DNA of 64,000 nt, taken from contig JBDGRE010000010.1 in assembly GCA_042218325.1 (NCBI GenBank), positions 1 through 64,000 of the forward strand. The letters run 5' to 3'. The position numbers and the translations under genes were made by a program. The first letter of the stretch is position 1. The number at the start of each line of letters is the position of its first letter. The notes below the pieces were generated by a model. It worked only from the letters and a program-made list of their open reading frames with translations, was not told the origin of the DNA and made no database searches. Below are positions 58,998 through 64,000 of the stretch, in pieces. The stretch comes from Candidatus Nanohaloarchaea archaeon (GTDB lineage: Archaea; Nanohalarchaeota; Nanosalinia; Nanosalinales; Nanosalinaceae).

Positions 58998-59681
58998 TCA
59001 AAATTCGAATTGATTGTCTCTTTTTGCTCTCCAGTACTCCATCCTTGCATCTAAATTTGAATAATTTTCATCAGTTATCTCAGCTTCCTCAAAACTATCC
59101 AAAGCGTGAGCACTTATTCCGCCCTCAGTATTTGAATCTTCAACAAAAATTAGCTTGCCTCTGTATCCTGGTAATCTCCGTAGATATTTCTGATTAGAGT
59201 TCCTATCTGCTTCTGATGGATTGGGATTGCCAGCCGGATGGTTATGACCGAGATACCAGTCCCCCTCAATTTCGGTGGCCATGTCAGCTAAAGCATCTAT
59301 TTTATGCCCAGGATGGTCTACAGACATTGAATCTCCAACATTTATTCTAAATATATCGGAGATACAGACCTCTCTTTCTTCCTGCCCCTCTAATCCATGA
59401 CTCATATCTGAAAATCTATAATCTGAGAACTGATACTCTGAATCCGCCTTGACGAGAGCAAATAGATGCTCCACGCCCTCTTCAATAGCTTCATAAACCG
59501 GGCCAAGTTCTTCTTCAGGTAATTTGATTACCGTATGTGTCTCTTCGGCTCTATGGTCTGCCTTCTTAGGAGAATTTTTACTACTAGAACCCTCATCAGT
59601 ATCTGATAAAATGTCCTCTCTCTTAAATCGGCCTAAGTTATCGGAATTGATTTCAAGAAGTTTCTGGACTTCCTTTCTCAT
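58998..59681 (-). CDS. Low-GC JAB/MPN (RadC-like motif) protein in tRNA-linked islet
   Basis: GHNHPAGNPNPSEAD matches HxHx7Sx2D; visibly AT-richer than flanks. Confidence 0.72.
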   Translation of the reverse strand: MRKEVQKLLEINSDNLGRFKREDILSDTDEGSSSKNSPKKADHRAEETHTVIKLPEEELGPVYEAIEEGVEHLFALVKADSEYQFSDYRFSDMSHGLEGQEEREVCISDIFRINVGDSMSVDHPGHKIDALADMATEIEGDWYLGHNHPAGNPNPSEADRNSNQKYLRRLPGYRGKLIFVEDSNTEGGISAHALDSFEEAEITDENYSNLDARMEYWRAKRDNQFEF

Positions 59682-59764
59682 ATGTTGTTATTGTTTAGTG
59701 GTATTTTAATGGCTTTTGGCCGAGTTTGGGTTCCGGAAACTTCCAATTGCATATGCCCGAATAT

Positions 59765-59960
59765 CGGTTCAAATCCGGGCCCTGCCATCACTTCGTGATG
59801 CCGAAGCCCGAGAAAACTTGTTTTCGATGTTCAGATCCGGGCCTGCCAATCGCCTGATATGGCGCAGTGCGGCGCGCCTGACCAGCTCCGCTGGTCGACG
59901 GGTGGAACCGGTCATAGTGATGAAACTTCTAGAAGTTTCGTTCAAATTCGGGCCCTGCCA
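59765..59960 (+). repeat. Three copies of the tRNA-Pro 3' end (att-like)
   Basis: 59765-59787 identical to 58903-58925; degenerate copies at 59829-59848 and 59940-59960. Confidence 0.85.
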
Positions 59961-59967
59961 CCGTTTT

Positions 59968-60612
59968 TCAGTCCTTTCCGATGTTAAGGTCGTGTCTCCT
60001 TGTATCGTATGCTATCTTCGATGCTGTCATGCCTCTCCCTTTCTGGTTCATGAAATACGGCTTCCCGGGTCCGCCGTAGACAACTTTCAACCGGTTCTTC
60101 GATATGTTTCCTGCCCGCAGCATGAGCTTCACTGTGTTTTCGAAGGTGCCGGGATCAGGGTCGTCTCCTACCGCTATGACTGCGTTCAGTCTTGAAGGCC
60201 TGTAATCGGCGTCGAGTTCCTTTATCATGGTGGAGACAAGCCCTGATTCTGTGGGCATGACGTGCGCCAGTCCTGCCACAGCTTTCTGGCCGGATTCCTC
60301 GAACAGGAGTACTCCGAGACAGGACGAGAGACTCTCTGTATAGACGGCGTACCGTTCTTGATGTGAGTCCGTTATGACGTATCTTGGTTTGTCACTAACG
60401 TCGGTAGAGCAGACCTTCGTGTCTCCTTCACTGAATCTAGTAGACCAGTTGTTGACGGTCCTGCAATCTGACAGAGTTACTGGGAGTTTTCCCCCGCTTC
60501 CGAGTATATCCTTGATCAGAGAGAACACTGCTATCCGCTTCCTGTCGCCTTTTTGGCGACCTGGAATAAAAAATCTCTTGGATGTATCGGGCTCTGTTGA
60601 CCTCCTCCACAA
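59968..60612 (-). CDS. CheD-like cysteine deamidase-fold protein (start uncertain, possibly GTG 60528)
   Basis: TESLSSCLGVLLF...AGLAHVMP resembles CheD LGSC...GxxHxMLP. Confidence 0.6.
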   Translation of the reverse strand: MWRRSTEPDTSKRFFIPGRQKGDRKRIAVFSLIKDILGSGGKLPVTLSDCRTVNNWSTRFSEGDTKVCSTDVSDKPRYVITDSHQERYAVYTESLSSCLGVLLFEESGQKAVAGLAHVMPTESGLVSTMIKELDADYRPSRLNAVIAVGDDPDPGTFENTVKLMLRAGNISKNRLKVVYGGPGKPYFMNQKGRGMTASKIAYDTRRHDLNIGKD

Positions 60613-60658
60613 TCCTGTTTATATGTTGTAACTGACAGATAGTAAAATATGGTTCGAT

Positions 60659-61342
60659 ATGACGGATGACCTGAGGAAGCTCCCGTCCGCGGAAGAAGAA
60701 GAGCAGGTAGAGGTCACCGTGAGTTCGCATTTCGGCTACGGCCCGTTCGATGATGAAGAAGGCAGGTGCGAAATCCGGGCCCGGGGCGACAAAGAGCTGT
60801 ATCTCTCGATGCCGACCGCAGGTGAGGACGAGTTCGTGACCGGTGGTGTCGAGTGCTACGAGTCCCTGGTAAAGATGACGGCCCCGGACTTCGAGGAAAG
60901 ACACTGGGAGCCCGGCAGGGAGGGCTGCGAGAATCTCTCACAGGTCCCTTCGCCGGGTTACAGCGAGATGGAAGAGCTCAAGCAGGATTACATGGAACGC
61001 CTTGAAGCCGCCTCGACCGACCGGGCGGAGAGGAGTGTGCTTGCGGAGATGTGGTACGAGGCCGGAGAGATGGAGCTTGACGGTCCTGCACCACGGACCG
61101 CCGGTGATCAGAGGTCGAAGACGTCGAGTCCGGTTCTCTCGTCAAGCTCGTGCTCCAGCGGTGTCTCGCCGAGGAAGATTATGATTTCGAAGGTTCCCGA
61201 GACCTTTGCCGAGGAGCAGTGGCCGCCGATGCTGCTGAAGTCCCGTTTGCCGAGCTGGATGTGCGCGTGGACCTTGTCCGGGCTGATGTTGCCTGAGAAC
61301 GAGGTGACCTCGAACTGCTGCTCGAACTCTTTCTCTCTGTAG
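60659..61342 (+). CDS. Acidic hypothetical protein (3' end doubtful; overlaps opposite gene)
   Basis: First ~145 aa look like a halophilic protein; the rest is antisense to the DUF296 gene. Confidence 0.45.
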   Translation: MTDDLRKLPSAEEEEQVEVTVSSHFGYGPFDDEEGRCEIRARGDKELYLSMPTAGEDEFVTGGVECYESLVKMTAPDFEERHWEPGREGCENLSQVPSPGYSEMEELKQDYMERLEAASTDRAERSVLAEMWYEAGEMELDGPAPRTAGDQRSKTSSPVLSSSSCSSGVSPRKIMISKVPETFAEEQWPPMLLKSRLPSWMCAWTLSGLMLPENEVTSNCCSNSFSL

Positions 61343-61515
61343 TCCTGCTCTTCGACGTCGTAGTGGCCGAGCGTGACCTCGTCGACCGCGCCTATACCGT
61401 AGAAGAACCCGTTCTCGATATCTTCCTTTTCTCGCAGCTCCCTGATTTTCTTGATGACCTTGTCGCCCGGGTCGAGCCGGGCTATTATCCTGCCGTCCTT
61501 GTGTACGTAGTCCAT
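61108..61515 (-). CDS. PPC/DUF296 domain protein
   Basis: RLDPGD, GIGAV, FEVTSFSGNI, HAHIQLG, GGH. Confidence 0.88.
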   Translation of the reverse strand: MDYVHKDGRIIARLDPGDKVIKKIRELREKEDIENGFFYGIGAVDEVTLGHYDVEEQDYREKEFEQQFEVTSFSGNISPDKVHAHIQLGKRDFSSIGGHCSSAKVSGTFEIIIFLGETPLEHELDERTGLDVFDL

Positions 61516-61540
61516 GTACGGCAATCTATCTTGAACGTTT

Positions 61541-62092
61541 TTATCTGAGCAGGATGTCGGGGAATATCCGTTCAACGTCCTCTCTTATCAGGTTGTAAAC
61601 CGCTCCTAGGGCGAAGGCCGCTGGTCCCAGGTACACGAGGGGAGGCTCGGCGTACAGGAGGTGGAGTAGGACAAGAGAGGCAAGCATCCCGAGGTCTCTG
61701 GCGCCGCCATCTATTTTGACGAGATATCTGCCGTCGATCCACTTCTGGGTCAGGTGGTTGAAGACGGCACCTTTCTCACTGTCTTCTCTGCCTTCTCCCG
61801 TATATACGTCAACGTCGTTTCCGAGTATATCCATCAGGCAGTGAGCGGATGCGGCTAGGAAGAAAGCCTTGGCGACCGCGTTTCCTGCCAGGAATGAGAA
61901 GGCTGTCAGCACCGGGTAAATAACTGGGTAGTGTAGGTCTCTCCGGTGTCTTCTCTTCATGTCCAGGTCGGGAAACAGGCTTCCGGTTATCAGCGCGGTC
62001 AGAACAGGTATCCCTGCCCCGGCGACAGGAAACCATTCGTAAAGCAGGAGAGAAACCATCAGGTGGGTGAAGACCATCATCGGCTGGGTCAA
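61541..62092 (-). CDS. Membrane-bound metal-dependent hydrolase (YdjM/DUF457-like)
   Basis: FTH, GSLFPDLD, HRRDLH, AHCLMD. Confidence 0.8.
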   Translation of the reverse strand: MTQPMMVFTHLMVSLLLYEWFPVAGAGIPVLTALITGSLFPDLDMKRRHRRDLHYPVIYPVLTAFSFLAGNAVAKAFFLAASAHCLMDILGNDVDVYTGEGREDSEKGAVFNHLTQKWIDGRYLVKIDGGARDLGMLASLVLLHLLYAEPPLVYLGPAAFALGAVYNLIREDVERIFPDILLR

Positions 62093-62138
62093 GATTCCGG
62101 GCCAGATTTAATATTTCCTGCTGCGAAGCTTTCCTACT

Positions 62139-63254
62139 GTGTCCCGGAAAAGCGTCAACGGCCTTTTAATATACGAGTTTCTGAAAAATTCCGCTATATC
62201 GCTCATCGGGGTTTTCATACCGGTCTACATCCTGTCGCAGGGCCATGGGCTCGGCCTGGCGGCTCTTTTCATAGGTGTATCCGGTCTTACAGGCGTCCTT
62301 CTCTCGCTACCCGTATCCCGGGTCATCCACTCGAAGGGGCTCAGGAGCAGCCTTTTCGCGTCGTATATCTTTCTGGTTCCCGGGCTTCTTCTGGTCAGGA
62401 GTTTCGAGCTTTCTCTCCTCGTGGTTGTGACCTCCGGATTACTTTACGGCATCGGAAACCTCTTCCACTGGATAGGGCTTGACGCGGCTTTCGCCGCGGA
62501 TTCTGATGGCGACCGGAGGTCGATGGCCTCGGGGAAGATTCTGAGCCTTCCGAAAGTATCGAGAATCCTGGGCCCTCTGGCTGGAGGCGTGGTGTTCGCG
62601 AGCCTTGGATTTGCCGTGCTAGTTTCGGTGTCGGTGGTGCTGCTCCTTCTCTCTGGAGTGCCGCTACTCTGGGTGAATAGAGGTACAGGTAAGAGCTACC
62701 GTTTTGGAGAAATACTCTCGCGGGAGAAACGCCGCATGGTGCCTGTTTTCGTAATAAGAGGTGTCCAGGCTGCCTCGAGTGTGGGGGTCTTCGGCATGTT
62801 CGTTTTCCTGCTTGTGGGCGGAGCCCTCGACGTGGGAGCGGCGAACGCGCTGGGAAGCCTTGGATTCGTGCTCACCGGACTCCTGGCTGGAAAGGCTGAT
62901 TCGAACGGGGAGCGAAACCTGCTGGTGTCTGCTGGAGGTCTTGGCGCAGCCGCCATGTACGTCGCGAGAGGCCTGGTAGTCACTCCATTCCAGGCTTTTG
63001 CGGTATCCTTTATCTCCGGTATATTTTTTCAGGTGTACCATGTACCGGTCTACGCCCGGTTCGCGGACGAGGCGGAGATGTACGGGTCGCTGGCTTTCAA
63101 CACTCTCAAGAGGATTTGCTTTTCGCTGGGCACATTGGTGACTATCTTGCTGCTTCTATGCTCCCGGTACTTTTTCAGCCTGAGAAGTTCTTTCATCGCT
63201 GTCTTCTTAGCTGCTTCCGTTGGGAGTCTGTTGATGGTCAGGATTCTGAGCTGA
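62139..63254 (+). CDS. MFS-like transporter
   Basis: About 12 TMs, LGPLAGG, AGKAD. Confidence 0.78.
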   Translation: MSRKSVNGLLIYEFLKNSAISLIGVFIPVYILSQGHGLGLAALFIGVSGLTGVLLSLPVSRVIHSKGLRSSLFASYIFLVPGLLLVRSFELSLLVVVTSGLLYGIGNLFHWIGLDAAFAADSDGDRRSMASGKILSLPKVSRILGPLAGGVVFASLGFAVLVSVSVVLLLLSGVPLLWVNRGTGKSYRFGEILSREKRRMVPVFVIRGVQAASSVGVFGMFVFLLVGGALDVGAANALGSLGFVLTGLLAGKADSNGERNLLVSAGGLGAAAMYVARGLVVTPFQAFAVSFISGIFFQVYHVPVYARFADEAEMYGSLAFNTLKRICFSLGTLVTILLLLCSRYFFSLRSSFIAVFLAASVGSLLMVRILS

Positions 63255-63529
63255 AGGCGCCCCACATCGCGGATACGAGAAAACCCATTGTCAGGGCTTC
63301 GAACCAGACCTGCAGCGGCGGAATGTATACGCCGAGCAGCCGTTAGGCCTGTCTGGTGGTGGCAGGTATAAGCAGGGCGAAAAGTGAAAGCGTGTAGAAA
63401 CTTAGACAGCCCATCAGCTTGGCTCTCGTTCTACCAGGTTCCTGGGGTGTCGAGGGAGTCGGCGAAGTAATACAGGAAGCCGAGGCCGCAGAATGCTATG
63501 GCCAGCTGGAACACCGCGGGCTGCACCAT
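63238..63529 (-). pseudogene. Disrupted small membrane protein
   Basis: MVQPAVFQLAIAFCGLGFLYYF..., +1 shift near the C4 run 63444-63447, then ...TTRQA*RLLGVYIPPLQVWFEAL... with TAA at 63343-63345. Confidence 0.5.
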
Positions 63530-63586
63530 GATAACTGCGAGCTGTTTGATTTCCTGATGTTAAGTCAGTTTCGCCTCCTGGAAGGG

Positions 63587-64000
63587 TCACCGGAAGTTCT
63601 GGACGTCGACCTTGAGGAAGTCGGAGCCTGTCGGCAGCGAGAAGATGATGTCGTAGGTGTATCCGTAGTCGGACACTATCGTGGCCCTGACCCGGCCCGT
63701 TCCTATGAAGCTCCCATAGGTTTCGGGGGTGGTGTAGCCATCACCCCACCCGGTGGACTTGACGCCGTTCAGCTTCACGAACATGTCGGCGTTCAGGGAT
63801 TTATCGGGTGAGGGTTCGGTGAAGTTGTACTCCACCAGCAGCTCCGAGGTGTTGATGGACTTGTAGCTGTCCGGGCTGCCGATCTTCTTTATGCAGGCCT
63901 CGATGTGCTCGTTCTCCATCATGTAGCAGTCGGTGCCGCCGATAGTCGCGTTTTTCACGGTCACGTCGGCGTTGGAGCTGAGTATCACGTTTCCCGTTCT
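63587..64000 (-). CDS. C-terminal part of an uncharacterised, probably extracellular protein
   Basis: Open frame running off the window end; beta-rich, N-x-S/T sequons. Confidence 0.6.
   Translation of the reverse strand, partial: RTGNVILSSNADVTVKNATIGGTDCYMMENEHIEACIKKIGSPDSYKSINTSELLVEYNFTEPSPDKSLNADMFVKLNGVKSTGWGDGYTTPETYGSFIGTGRVRATIVSDYGYTYDIIFSLPTGSDFLKVDVQNFR

Noticed and set aside
59765-59960. CRISPR array
   Set aside because: The repeats are tRNA-Pro 3' ends, degenerate and irregularly spaced; no cas genes in the window.
61108-61342. Genuine 235-bp antisense gene overlap
   Set aside because: The overlapping part of the + ORF reads as an antisense shadow; more likely a lost stop than dual coding.

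Overview
Compact, high-GC archaeal chromosome segment with a very acidic proteome and many short or leaderless 5' regions. The gene set and style fit a nanohaloarchaeon (DPANN); this is an inference. Contents in order: the spc-type ribosomal cluster (L19e to S17), Rpp29/SUI1/L29, S24e-Spt4-RpoE1-PIN, a five-gene ATP-grasp/metallopeptidase/MscS-C39 cassette inserted between PIN and aIF2-gamma/S6e, TrkH/TrkA, photolyase, a mosaic Ig-like surface protein, a coiled-coil histone, a MoxR-vWA cluster, Lhr, ThiF, MscS, thioredoxin, RFC, an 11-gene type IV pilus locus, thermosome, GatE/GatD, and tRNA-Pro(UGG) with a low-GC JAB islet and repeated tRNA 3' ends, followed by a CheD-like protein. Best candidates for something new: (1) the ATP-grasp 'writer' / DUF1704 'eraser' / MscS-C39 cassette; (2) a near-identical ~50-aa domain appended to both uL24 and eS24; (3) an unannotated ~179-nt three-way-junction RNA with its own TATA box upstream of S17; (4) in-frame stops confined to accessory genes, three of them in the same GCC-TAA context. 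All family assignments come from motif recognition by eye; no database searches were run.
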